The position numbers and the translations under genes are program-made. The notes beneath the pieces were generated by a model, which saw nothing but the letters and a program-made list of their open reading frames with translations, had not been told where the DNA came from and searched no databases. Of a stretch of DNA of 54,200 bases, positions 16,701 to 26,727 are shown piece after piece. The first letter of the stretch is position 1. Each line of letters opens with the position of its first letter. This DNA is from a virus (taxonomy: Duplodnaviria; Caudoviricetes), in IMG/VR virus record IMGVR_UViG_3300030098_002293, positions 1 to 54,200 of that record; one strand, 5' to 3'.

Positions 16701-19700
16701 TATTGTTTCTTTACCTTTTTTAGCAATTATAAAATTTTCTCCTTCTATAATTAAAGTCTCATCAAAATCAAAAGCAGACATACCTCTTGATTGCGCATTA
16801 TCATTTATTAATCTAGAGTTTTGTATAGCCTTATCAATAGTTTTTTCTTTTATACTTTCTTTTGTTCTTTTGTGGTTTTCAGCTTGTTGCCTGCCTTCAA
16901 CCTTTCCAGTAAATACATTGTAAAGAGCATGACTTGCCCCTGTTGCTGTCCATCTACTTAACCATCTTTTTAAAGCGCCATCTCCAATTTGATAATTAAA
17001 ATGCATTCTCTCCTTAAATAATCTACCTACATTATCATTAAAGTCTCTATGTAACACACCAACTTCATAAGCTTTTTGTATATCTTCTAATTTTAAACCA
17101 TTGTTAAACCAGTGTCTACCTATCATTAAAGCATTAACTACTTTAGCTGGTAACCCATGTTCAAATTCAAAGTTTTTCTTACCGTTAACATCTTTTAACG
17201 CGGTTGCTGGCGCATCCAAAGCAGCGTACGTAAATACAGCACCTCTTCTTAAAGGTGTTTTCATATTAGCGTTCATAGCTGCCATATGCATAGCGAAATG
17301 TTCTTTACCATTTTTCATCGCTTTAGAATTTTCAGCGGCTATAGCTGTTATGTCATCGTAAAACTTCATTGCCTCGTTAGAATCTTTTCTTCTAGCATTA
17401 GCTTCTTCTATACTCATAGGTGAATCAATAGATCCATCTTCGTTTGTAGTGGTTAACATATCTTTAGTTGTAGCTTGAGGCCAAGCTTTTGTTACTTCTA
17501 TAGTCTTTTGTATAGTTTTACCTTCTTTTTTAGTCTCTATAATGTAACTTACTTTATCTTTAACTTCTTTCCCATTTTTATCTAAAACTTTAGGTCCTTT
17601 TTTATAACTTATTAACCCAGGATATATATGTGTTAAAAATTCTTGAGTGTAAACTTCATTATGTCTTCCCGGAATAGCTTTTTCTATAATCTTTTTCTGT
17701 TCTTTATTTAACTCTTTAAAATTCTTACCGTATTTTGATTGTGATTCTTCATTTCTTAACCTTAAAACTTTTTGATCTCCAAAAGTCATTCCTCTAGCAG
17801 GATCAATTGTACCGTTTTCTAAGAAACTTTTATTTCTAATGTATTCTCCTAAAGCCTTTTCTCTAGCTTGCTCTTCAGTTAAACCTTCTTCTTGTAGTTT
17901 TGTTACATAGCTATCAGCGTTGGTTTTTTGGTATTTTTTATTTATTTCTAAACGCTCTCTAAATAACTTAGTTATAGGATCTGTTTCAAGTATTTTAGAT
18001 ATACTATCAAAACCATCGTCTCTTTTAGAATCTTCAGCCATTAAAAAATCACGGAAACTATTTACATCTTTCCCATCCATTACAACATCTTCTTTTGTGT
18101 ATTTAAGATAGTTCTCACGTAATGTTTTAGAGTACCAGTTTATTAACTTATTTCTATAATTAACTCCATCACTACCTATCCAAGCGTCTTTTCCATTTTC
18201 GTTGACAACCTCTCCATAAGGCCAAGTTTCATTAAAAGCTTTTGTAATTTGATTTTTTAAATTTGTTTCATTTGTAGGGTCTAATATAACGTTGTCGAAT
18301 TGAGAATGGAATTTATTTCTACCATCCCAATATACATGTTGAATTAAATCTTGTTTAGACCCATCTATAATAGAACTAAGCATAAGATCTCCTTTACCAT
18401 CTTTCATAGATTGTAATCCTATTAAACCTTTCTCTTCAGCTATTTTAGTTACAGATTGATTTGCTATAATAATAGCAACCTGCATTACAGATCCTCTCAA
18501 AGGCCCGTCTACAACTCTATCTTCTGTTCTAAATCTTCTCTTCACTCCTACAGGAGTAATACCGAGCATGTCTAGATAATCTGCTTCATTTATATTTTCA
18601 ACAAAGTTTTTCTTTTGTATCTTTAATCCCTTTCCTCCCCCTTTCTTTTTCGATGTGCCGTATACTATCTTATTACCAATTCTCTGTTTCGTCGTCTTTA
18701 CCCTTCCTTCTTGTGCGGTGTATATTAGATTCGTTTCTCCAGTTTCAGAATTTATAGCCTTTCCTTTACCACCATCTAAAAACACTGGTTGCACACCGTT
18801 GGCATCACCTAAAGAATTAAACGCCTCAGGCATCATATTTAACATCGACCTAGCTCCAATAGAATTGATTTTTAATTGTATCGATGTTCTCTCGTCAGTA
18901 GTTAAAGCAGAATCCTTTATTAGTTTACTAGGTTTTACACCAAATTCTTTTGCTACCATGTTTAAGATCTCGACTAATACAGCGTCGTTATCTTTTATTA
19001 AACTCTTAGTATCTTTATAAGTCTTAGGGTCTTGTGCTATTACCTCGTTGAACTTCTTTTCAACTATTAAATCAAAAGCATTCCTAGTTATATCGTTTCC
19101 ATTCTCGTCTTGACCAATAACATCTTCTGTAAACCCTAACTTTCTAGCAAAAACAACAGTTCCTTCCACTGTTCCTACGTCAAGTGTACCGTCTCCTTTG
19201 TACTCACCACCTTGTTTGGCGGCGGCACGTGCTTCTTGTTGTTTTTTGAACTTATCTATAACACCAGGTTTTTTATATATGATATGTTGAGCTAACCAAC
19301 CTGATAAATCACCTTGTGCTACGCCTTGATATTTTGTTTCTGGGTTATAATTAATAATAGCTGTAGTTAATTCGTCTTTAACAGCTTGAATGAAGTCGCT
19401 CATTGAGTCAGATTCTCCTTTAACAAAAGAAACTCTATCTCCTTCCATTCTAGTGCCTAAGTTTCTAATAGAACCGTTAAGTTCGTCAAATCCAGGTTTA
19501 CTAGGATCATTAGTTAGTAAGTTAGCTGGATGAGGTTTTGTTTTAACAGTCCATTCCCCACCAACTTTTCTTCTTACCTTATCAGCTCCTTTATTGAGCA
19601 TGTCATCGTATTGCTTCTTAGTAATAACAGACCCTTCTTTATCTCTAACTAAATTATTTATTACTTCTTGTTTTGTTTTTCCTTTTACCGTAGTTGACTC

Positions 19701-22700
19701 TTGTAATTCACCTCTAACGTCTCCAGCTAAATCCTTTCTTCCTTTGGCAGCTTCTATTTGAATTTTATAAGCTTCTGTTAATCTTCCTTTTTTGAAATCC
19801 TCTATAAAGCTTACTACTTCATAAGCTGCTTCTTTAGCGTTTTTAACCTTATAATCTTTATTTGTAAATCTAGCAAACGTACCTCTACCTCTCTTTATAA
19901 CATCATTACGTAGTTTAGCGTAGTTTTCATGTTTCATCTTAGTTGTTACTTCTCTAATGTATTCATCTAAAATCTTGTCTATTCTATCTAACCTATCTCC
20001 AGTCGCAGTTTTTCTTTCTTCAATTATATCTTTTATTGTTTCATTATTACCTAAATAAGTACCATCTCCATCAGACATTCTTCTGAGATCATTCTCAACA
20101 TTTTCATTTAGTACTTGAGCACGTTCACTTTTTTCATTTAATAAAAACTCATTTAAGTAAATTCCTTTTTGTGAAATCTCTTCTACAGATTTAGTTATAT
20201 TATCTAAGTAATGACCAGTTTCATGTAACCAAGCGGCTCCTTGTAAAAACTTGTTTTCACCAGTAACATCTAAATCTTCTTTTATTCTTTGCTTAGCTTG
20301 TTTCTCGTTTATAACAAAAAATTTATTATCTAAAAGAAAACCATTATGATTAGATTCTATTGTTTTTCTATTATTAATCAGATGTCTTACCATCTTTATA
20401 GCTTCTTGAGCGGTTATTTTATATTCTCTACGTAGTTCTTGAACTTTATCTATAAGACCATCAAAGCTACCAGTCTCTTCAAATTCTAATTTTCTATTTG
20501 TAGCGTCTTCAACTATATTAGCTATATCTTTTGTTGTTGATTTATCGTTTTCAAATGTTCGTAAATCTCTAACTCCACCCGCATAATGAGTTTTAGCTAA
20601 GTAATCATATATCTCCTGCTCTTTTTTAAGTCTTTGTTTTCTATCTTCAACAACTCCTTTTTTACCTTTATTTTGTTGTTCCCATTCTTGTTTAGTTTGA
20701 GTGTTTGTGGTGTTTGTTATTGTTACGTTTGGTTTAATTTTTTCTTTTTTAACATCTTCATCAACTTTAACGTCTTTATCAACTTTAACGTCTTCATCTG
20801 GTTTTGTTTGAACCTCTCCATCTGATACAAAAGTTGTTTCGTTGTTTTTATGAAGAATGTTATCAGCTAGTAAACTTGCTTGATGATCATTTTGAACGTC
20901 AATTTTAATCTCACCTCCTTCTCCTTCTTCATTTAATCTTTTTATTTCATCTATAAATTCTTTTTTAGAATTGTATTTTACACCGTTTATTTCGTATGTT
21001 TTTTGGCTCCAAACAGCGTTGTCTACCGTTGTTGTAACTTTCTCATCTTGTTTCATTTCTAAAGTAGCGTTGTCTAAATGAAGCCTTTGTATAACATCTA
21101 GTTCTATACGTAACTTACCGATTTCATCAGCTTTGTTATAGGCTTCTTTTCTTTCTTTTCCTTCTTTAGATTTGTCTTTTTGTATTATATCTTTTATTTC
21201 TTTTCTTGATCCATTTTCTTTATAATCAGGACCATATATAGATTCAGTAGCAATTTCTGGTGTCCAAGCATCTTTTAAATCTTCGTTAGAATTATATAAT
21301 TTACGATAACCTTCTATCCAAGCATCTCCAGAACCAGCTTTCTTTTTATTTAATTTGTTTCTATATATTTCTAGTTTAGCATTGACATGGTTCTCGTTAC
21401 TAGCGTTCTCTTGTAGTATTCCAGCTTCTAAAAGATAATTACTTAGAAGTCTACTATTTTCATATATTTGTTTTTGATCACCCTCACTCATTCCCAATAA
21501 ACGAACATGCATATCTTGCCAATTTATTACTAATTCTTGCATTCCATCTCTAAGATCTTGGTTTGCAATATCTCTTTCTTTTTTTAAACGCGCAAGTTCA
21601 TTATTATCTATTTCAATATCTGTATCTTTTGCTACAAGCTGTATATTAAGTATTTGCTCATCTATATCTGCTATATTGCTTTCTAACGCTTTTAAAGTTT
21701 GTATATCTTCTTCCATTTTACGACGCGCCTCCATCTTTAAGTTGTGGTTTAACATCGTATTGGTAGTTATTGATACTGATCCAGCACTACTACTCATAGC
21801 GGCCGCATCCCATAAAACTTTAGACATTTGACTATAATCACCATCTCTTTGAAAAATAATACCATCAACAAACTCTGTTGCACCGTATATACTACCTTCT
21901 TCTAGCATTTCACCACCGGTTTGTATTCCAATGCCTTTTAGTGCTTCTTTACCACCCACCCAAGGATTATAACTTGATAAACCTCTATAACCTTTTGTAT
22001 TTTTAGAAAAGGCTTTTGTTATCTTATTTGCAATTCCAATATCACCAATACCAAGTCTACCATATCCGTATGTAAAACCCATCTCAATAAAACCTGTGGA
22101 TATAACAGAAAACCATTTTTGAGTTTGAGACATGTCACCTCTATCTATAACTTCATTTAGTCTCATTTTTTGATTTCTAAAATTCTTGGGAGTTACATTG
22201 CCTTTTTCATAATTAAGTTTTAAAGCGTCTAATTGCAACTGGGCATTTGCAGCGTCTTCTTGTAAGCTAGTTAATTCAACATATTTACTACCACCAGATC
22301 CAGTTCCAACAAGAACTGATGGAGTAATCATAGCCCCAGCTTTACTAAGTCCAAAAACACTTGTACCAACTCCCATTGTGCTTACAAACATAAGCATATT
22401 AGCGCCTTGATCTGCCCAAACCATACCAAATGCACCCCAATTGTCTCCTTCTCCCCACCCGTAAGATTTTTCGTATTGAGCAGATTTATTATATTTTAAC
22501 AACGCATCTTGAGCCCCTTCATGACCAAATAGTGCTGCTGGGCCCATGTATAACTTATCAAAACCTCTTCCAGATCTTCTTCGCCAGTTCTCCCAATAAC
22601 TAGTCTCCATTCCCGTTTCTCCTTGGGCTATTGCTAAAAGAAAGTCTTTCTCTTTTCTTTTTACCTCTCCATTAATCATTTTTTGACGATCTGATTTTAC

Positions 22701-25700
22701 CTCATTTCTAGTGTCATTGTAAATATCTATAGCATGATATAAATTCATCACGGTTTTCGCGTGATCTTCTGGAAGATTTAAAAGTTCTAATCTACTCATT
22801 TGTGACCCGCTTTGTATATTTTCTACAAACGCTTGGTACTGTTCATCACTTTCTTTTTCTTTTTGTATTTTTGCATTAGGATTCTCGTCAAACCATTTTT
22901 GAATCTCATCTCTGTTTTTACCCCCTCTATATATCATGTTTTGAAGTTTTTGCATTTCAGGAATAAGAACTTTTAATTTCTTTTTTAATACTTCTTTATC
23001 TGTAACCCCAGCTAAAGCATTTTTTTCCGCCTTCCATTTATCATGTTCAACAATGAGTTTACTCCACTCTGATTCTGTATAAGCCTTTCCATCTATAACA
23101 GTAAAAACATCTGTAGTTATCGGCACACCACCAACTTCAAAGCCATATTCGACTGCTGGTTTTTTCCCTAATTTTAAACCCTCCCACAATTGTTGTGCTA
23201 ATGGTGCTTCTGCAAAAGCCTCATCTGTCTCAACTAAAGTACCTATCCCTTCTTCAACTAAGTCATATTCTCCTAACTTTTGGTCTTGCTTGAGTTTATT
23301 ATATTCATCGTATTTTTCAGGGTCAATTTTAATTATACCGTTAAAAATTATCTCACCATCTTCAGTAAAACTAATATCAACGTGAAAACCGTTTTTAAAG
23401 CAATCTTGTAAAGCGACCATTGTTGTCTCTGAAGCACGGTCAAGTAAATCGGTGTTTATATCTAATCTTTTATTTATATCTGCTTGTATTTCATCATCAC
23501 TGAGTATTAATTCGTTACCATCTCTATCAATGTACAGATCTCCGTTATCAGTTGTTAAAAGATAATCTTTATTTTCAATCTGAGATTGAGCATAAGTTTG
23601 AAGTTTTTTAACAAAATCTTCAGTATACATGGTTTCTCTTATACCATAAGCATCGTTTAAATACTCATTATATATAGCTTTATACCACGTCCAAGCTAAA
23701 TCACCTTGCTCATCTGTCAACGCTCCTCTACCTGTAAAACTTGCTCCACCTCTACCTTTAAACATGTTGGTCTTAAGGTAATCAATTAAATCTTCTTTAC
23801 TTCCAACCACTGCAAATGGATTAATACCTTCCTCCATTAAAGCATCAGAGAAATATTGAAGAGTATACTGAGCGGCATTATTACCTATATCTTGTATCTC
23901 TTTTGGAACCCAATCACTATTAGTAAAATTACCACTTAAAAACTTCATACCATCGACAGTGCTAACTCCAGGTACTATTATAGATACGCCCGCTTTTGTT
24001 TTTTGAGTTGTTACGCTAGGTAACTCGCTTTTACTTGGATCATCCTTGTCTTTAAAAATATTTAAAAATCCTGTGTTGATCTCTATTTCTGGAAGTTCAA
24101 AAGTTCCACCCGTAATAGGAACGTCATATTTAGAATATTTTGTTTCCGCAGTAGAAAAATCAAGAGTAATCTCCCTATTCTTAAAAAACCGCTGCATTAC
24201 CTGTTTCTCAGTATAATCATTTATAGATATTTCTTTTTCTATCTCCTCTGCACGTTCTTTTAATGGATCAATTAATTTACCGTTTTGGTATTTTACAGCT
24301 TTAGTCTCAAAAGTCTGCATTTCTTTTTTAGTTATAAAATGAGCTAAATAACTTATAACATCAGTTGATAAACCACCTACTGCTTTAGACTCACTCTCCA
24401 TGGTATGTTCAAAATAAATATGGCTTGATCCATATGGTAGTTTCGTACCTTTAGCATCATACATAAACATCCCGTCAGTTCTACTAAGTTTTAATTTATT
24501 ATCTGTAAAATGAAGTTGTAACCCAGCGTCTTTAAAATAATAATTAAAATCATTATCTAATTCCTCTTGAATCTCTTTTCTTATTGCAACTTGCCTTGAA
24601 TCGGTTTTGACCCAATCTTTCCAATCCTCCTCTGTCCAGTAACCACCTGTTATCATATCCCTCATTTTATTCTGTTGGGCAAAAAGTATTCTAAGACTGT
24701 TATCTAAAGTTGTTTTTCTCTCTTTAGCGGGGTTATAATCATAATCAATCTTTTCTCCAACTTCATCATGAAACAAAGAGTTTAATAAAGGTATATTACC
24801 TCTTGGATCTTTTATTTGCTTGTCTAATAGAGCGAATAAATGCCTTAATTGTTGTTCTGAAAAATCAATTTGTCCACCCTCGTTCTTAAATATTTCAAGA
24901 ATACCTCTGTCTTCATTATAATTATCAAGATGACTATAGCCTTCATAAAAGCTCTCACCTCCATATATATCAGCGTCAAGCATCATGTATTTAATCGTGG
25001 GAATATATATTCTTACAGCGTCATAACCAGAATCATCCACCGCATTTACAGCTAAATTATATTTTCTAAAGTATCCGTTTGGATCAGTTAATACTCGATA
25101 TATTTCTCCAACAGGAGTAGACTTCTTCTGCGTGATATCCAACAGCGTTTCATAAGATTCTTTTTCTATAATTTCACTAGCTCGTTGTATTTTTGCTTCT
25201 TTTATTTCTTTTGGAGTTTTTATAAAATACTCATTAATAAAACGTTCTCTTCCATTTTTATTTTTTGGATATCCTGAGGTTTCAAGTCTAAAAACAAACT
25301 CTTCTGCAGTCATAAACCCAAGTTTAGGACTATAAAATTTATTATCTAATCCTTCTTCTTTGATTATTTCAGAATCTATTTTACCATCAATATAATCATT
25401 ATATCTTTCTTTATCTTTTTTAACTTTTTCATTTAATTCTCCAGTTGTATAAGGCTCTAACCTAATAAATTCATCATAATCTTTTATCAACCTTTCAATA
25501 TCTTTATCTTTTTCATCCTTATCTTTATCTGAACTTTCTATTTCTGATAATCTATTTTGAAAAGAGCTCATATCAACGGGAACAAGTAGGCCATTTTCGT
25601 TATATTTCCAGTCTTTTAATTTAATTTCGTATATATCTGGTGATGATTGGGCTTCTTCTAAAGTTGTTTCGTAATCTAACGCACCATCTCCATCGTAAAT

Positions 25701-26726
25701 AACAAAATCATCTCTTGATAAAATAACTGTTGGTATATCTGGATTCATATCAGCTCTATAATGATCCTCTGGTGTTGAATTAAAGCCAAGATTAATAGCG
25801 CCTTGAGTTTTAAGATCCTCTTTTGTTTTCTTTTTTATTTCTTCGTTTTTTAAACCCCTTAAATACGTGTATACGTGCCCTGCGTTTTCAGAGTTTATAT
25901 TTATATCTTCATATGGATCAAAGTCAGCATAAAGTTCCTCGTACGTCATGATTAAAGTCTCCCCTGGTTCATCTATCTCCCCATCAAGATCATTATCAAT
26001 ACCATCTTTATCAGCTAAGGGACCTACAAATACCGCATCACCTCTTTCAATAAGCTCTTCAGAAATCTCTACTGTTACATCAGGTAGATGAGGAATATAG
26101 GTTACTTGGTCATCTAATGATTTACTTTCATTTGACTTTTTTGGATTTTTCCATTCGTGGTACGTATCTCTATCTGCTTGTCTAGCATCATCAAAATCTT
26201 TCTCTGAAACCTGTATTCCACTAAACATATCACTCCACAATTGTCTTTCTAACGGCCCCATTTCATAAGCACCATTTGACGCTTCACCAGTTCTAATTTG
26301 GTTTAGTATATCTTCAGTTTCTTCTAAGTCTTTAAGTATTTTTTCTTCTTCTTTTTTCTTTTTTTCTTCTTCTAATTTAATCGCTAACTCTTCTTCTTCT
26401 TTCTTTAATTGCTCTTGTTGCTTAACCCACGTTTCTTGTTCTTCCATAGTTCTACCGTAAACAAAAGCATCTAAGGCAATAAAATTTGACTCAGGACTCC
26501 AAGCTCCAGTAGGAGAAAGATCATGCATATCATAAAACGCTGATAAAATTCTACCAGTTTTCTCATCTTCCCAATAAGCGCTACCATGTTCTACCCAAGC
26601 ATGATCAGGCACTTCAATTGGTATCATGCCATTGTTGATGAGATTTTGAGCTATTTTTTTATCTTCATCACCTATGCCTGTCCAATCCCACTCTTGTTTT
26701 AATGGAGACTTTAAGTTTTTAATCAT
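13791..26726 (-). CDS. giant (4311 aa) polyvalent internal-virion/ejection protein with zincin HExxH and HAD phosphatase domains
   Basis: Uninterrupted 12.9-kb ORF downstream of the tail genes. Contains WLHETGH, FDFDETL/ILTAR/FVDD HAD motifs and Gly-rich hydrophobic segments. Confidence 0.75.
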   Translation of the reverse strand: MIKNLKSPLKQEWDWTGIGDEDKKIAQNLINNGMIPIEVPDHAWVEHGSAYWEDEKTGRILSAFYDMHDLSPTGAWSPESNFIALDAFVYGRTMEEQETWVKQQEQLKKEEEELAIKLEEEKKKKEEEKILKDLEETEDILNQIRTGEASNGAYEMGPLERQLWSDMFSGIQVSEKDFDDARQADRDTYHEWKNPKKSNESKSLDDQVTYIPHLPDVTVEISEELIERGDAVFVGPLADKDGIDNDLDGEIDEPGETLIMTYEELYADFDPYEDININSENAGHVYTYLRGLKNEEIKKKTKEDLKTQGAINLGFNSTPEDHYRADMNPDIPTVILSRDDFVIYDGDGALDYETTLEEAQSSPDIYEIKLKDWKYNENGLLVPVDMSSFQNRLSEIESSDKDKDEKDKDIERLIKDYDEFIRLEPYTTGELNEKVKKDKERYNDYIDGKIDSEIIKEEGLDNKFYSPKLGFMTAEEFVFRLETSGYPKNKNGRERFINEYFIKTPKEIKEAKIQRASEIIEKESYETLLDITQKKSTPVGEIYRVLTDPNGYFRKYNLAVNAVDDSGYDAVRIYIPTIKYMMLDADIYGGESFYEGYSHLDNYNEDRGILEIFKNEGGQIDFSEQQLRHLFALLDKQIKDPRGNIPLLNSLFHDEVGEKIDYDYNPAKERKTTLDNSLRILFAQQNKMRDMITGGYWTEEDWKDWVKTDSRQVAIRKEIQEELDNDFNYYFKDAGLQLHFTDNKLKLSRTDGMFMYDAKGTKLPYGSSHIYFEHTMESESKAVGGLSTDVISYLAHFITKKEMQTFETKAVKYQNGKLIDPLKERAEEIEKEISINDYTEKQVMQRFFKNREITLDFSTAETKYSKYDVPITGGTFELPEIEINTGFLNIFKDKDDPSKSELPSVTTQKTKAGVSIIVPGVSTVDGMKFLSGNFTNSDWVPKEIQDIGNNAAQYTLQYFSDALMEEGINPFAVVGSKEDLIDYLKTNMFKGRGGASFTGRGALTDEQGDLAWTWYKAIYNEYLNDAYGIRETMYTEDFVKKLQTYAQSQIENKDYLLTTDNGDLYIDRDGNELILSDDEIQADINKRLDINTDLLDRASETTMVALQDCFKNGFHVDISFTEDGEIIFNGIIKIDPEKYDEYNKLKQDQKLGEYDLVEEGIGTLVETDEAFAEAPLAQQLWEGLKLGKKPAVEYGFEVGGVPITTDVFTVIDGKAYTESEWSKLIVEHDKWKAEKNALAGVTDKEVLKKKLKVLIPEMQKLQNMIYRGGKNRDEIQKWFDENPNAKIQKEKESDEQYQAFVENIQSGSQMSRLELLNLPEDHAKTVMNLYHAIDIYNDTRNEVKSDRQKMINGEVKRKEKDFLLAIAQGETGMETSYWENWRRRSGRGFDKLYMGPAALFGHEGAQDALLKYNKSAQYEKSYGWGEGDNWGAFGMVWADQGANMLMFVSTMGVGTSVFGLSKAGAMITPSVLVGTGSGGSKYVELTSLQEDAANAQLQLDALKLNYEKGNVTPKNFRNQKMRLNEVIDRGDMSQTQKWFSVISTGFIEMGFTYGYGRLGIGDIGIANKITKAFSKNTKGYRGLSSYNPWVGGKEALKGIGIQTGGEMLEEGSIYGATEFVDGIIFQRDGDYSQMSKVLWDAAAMSSSAGSVSITTNTMLNHNLKMEARRKMEEDIQTLKALESNIADIDEQILNIQLVAKDTDIEIDNNELARLKKERDIANQDLRDGMQELVINWQDMHVRLLGMSEGDQKQIYENSRLLSNYLLEAGILQENASNENHVNAKLEIYRNKLNKKKAGSGDAWIEGYRKLYNSNEDLKDAWTPEIATESIYGPDYKENGSRKEIKDIIQKDKSKEGKERKEAYNKADEIGKLRIELDVIQRLHLDNATLEMKQDEKVTTTVDNAVWSQKTYEINGVKYNSKKEFIDEIKRLNEEGEGGEIKIDVQNDHQASLLADNILHKNNETTFVSDGEVQTKPDEDVKVDKDVKVDEDVKKEKIKPNVTITNTTNTQTKQEWEQQNKGKKGVVEDRKQRLKKEQEIYDYLAKTHYAGGVRDLRTFENDKSTTKDIANIVEDATNRKLEFEETGSFDGLIDKVQELRREYKITAQEAIKMVRHLINNRKTIESNHNGFLLDNKFFVINEKQAKQRIKEDLDVTGENKFLQGAAWLHETGHYLDNITKSVEEISQKGIYLNEFLLNEKSERAQVLNENVENDLRRMSDGDGTYLGNNETIKDIIEERKTATGDRLDRIDKILDEYIREVTTKMKHENYAKLRNDVIKRGRGTFARFTNKDYKVKNAKEAAYEVVSFIEDFKKGRLTEAYKIQIEAAKGRKDLAGDVRGELQESTTVKGKTKQEVINNLVRDKEGSVITKKQYDDMLNKGADKVRRKVGGEWTVKTKPHPANLLTNDPSKPGFDELNGSIRNLGTRMEGDRVSFVKGESDSMSDFIQAVKDELTTAIINYNPETKYQGVAQGDLSGWLAQHIIYKKPGVIDKFKKQQEARAAAKQGGEYKGDGTLDVGTVEGTVVFARKLGFTEDVIGQDENGNDITRNAFDLIVEKKFNEVIAQDPKTYKDTKSLIKDNDAVLVEILNMVAKEFGVKPSKLIKDSALTTDERTSIQLKINSIGARSMLNMMPEAFNSLGDANGVQPVFLDGGKGKAINSETGETNLIYTAQEGRVKTTKQRIGNKIVYGTSKKKGGGKGLKIQKKNFVENINEADYLDMLGITPVGVKRRFRTEDRVVDGPLRGSVMQVAIIIANQSVTKIAEEKGLIGLQSMKDGKGDLMLSSIIDGSKQDLIQHVYWDGRNKFHSQFDNVILDPTNETNLKNQITKAFNETWPYGEVVNENGKDAWIGSDGVNYRNKLINWYSKTLRENYLKYTKEDVVMDGKDVNSFRDFLMAEDSKRDDGFDSISKILETDPITKLFRERLEINKKYQKTNADSYVTKLQEEGLTEEQAREKALGEYIRNKSFLENGTIDPARGMTFGDQKVLRLRNEESQSKYGKNFKELNKEQKKIIEKAIPGRHNEVYTQEFLTHIYPGLISYKKGPKVLDKNGKEVKDKVSYIIETKKEGKTIQKTIEVTKAWPQATTKDMLTTTNEDGSIDSPMSIEEANARRKDSNEAMKFYDDITAIAAENSKAMKNGKEHFAMHMAAMNANMKTPLRRGAVFTYAALDAPATALKDVNGKKNFEFEHGLPAKVVNALMIGRHWFNNGLKLEDIQKAYEVGVLHRDFNDNVGRLFKERMHFNYQIGDGALKRWLSRWTATGASHALYNVFTGKVEGRQQAENHKRTKESIKEKTIDKAIQNSRLINDNAQSRGMSAFDFDETLIIEGENFIIAKKGKETIKISSEQWPIQGPELAEQGYEFDFTDFVNVRGGVEGPLMQKLRNRINKFGIENTYILTARPTESETAIRGWLKTKGIDMPLKNITGLGNSTGEAKALWMAQKYAEGYNDMYFVDDALPNVTAVKNIMDQLDIKGSSVQAKIQLSSDLNNTFNDILEETTGMKSEKRFSDAQAKLRGKGFKFRGLVPPSAQDFAGLLYNFIGKGKKGEQQFETLKKALIDPFARGYDELNTARQKTAEDYRSLLKEFPNVKKMLNKKAGDTGFTVDQAIRVYLWNKAGFDVPGLSKRDLNNLNSYIANDVDLQTFADALGIVSKKTEGYSKPGEYWLTENIASDLMSDGAIGDARANFLAEWQQNVDQIFSKENLNKIEVLYGRKFREALEDMLYRMKTGSNRPVGSNRLTNMYMNWVNNSVGAIMFFNIRSAVLQTISATNYINWGDNNVLKAGLAFANQKQYWKDFVMIFNSDMLKQRRAGLKYNINEAELAAAVAGSDNKVKAALAWLLKKGFTPTQIADSFAIASGGASFYRNRVKTYLKQGLDQKAAEEKAWLDFQETTEVAQQSARPDLISQQQANPLGRLILAFQNTPMQYGRIMNKAFRDLANGRGDAKTHVSKIIYYGALQGIIFTALQSALFAVLGSDDDDEKEKMLDSKTDRMANSMVDSWLSVFGYGGKAISTVKNTIMEFNKQRAKDLDDNFMTRSDHAYTLLQALSFSPPIGSKVRKIYQSTQTEKFNRDIISERGFAIDNPIWNAIGNTIEGVTNIPLGRLSNKLNNLSNAMDSRHETWQRVALLMGWNLWDLGVKDPDIVALGEDIKERKKQEKKIEKEKKKFKDTQEKLKEKYPDKTEEEVDKAIIIEEKTKEVFNLNKREQVKILEEYDLNPKDYPKEKDRVDKIMELYNKNPNKIDSSLTNIKNYVPSKQEKRSIDLFKMNKKDQVNLLMELGLSSKKIKELKYEEDRVNKIIQLENKKKGK
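20748..20798. repeat. 18-bp tandem repeat (about 2.7 copies) encoding DEDVKV/DKDVKV
   Basis: aacatcttcatcaacttt-aacgtctttatcaacttt-aacgtcttcatc. Confidence 0.7.
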
Positions 26727-26727
26727 A

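Noticed and set aside
13791-26726. Giant ORF as a crAss-like virion RNA polymerase
   Set aside because: No convincing catalytic DxDxD in a double-psi-barrel context. The DFDET motif belongs to a HAD domain with matching motifs II-IV. It cannot be fully excluded without a profile search.
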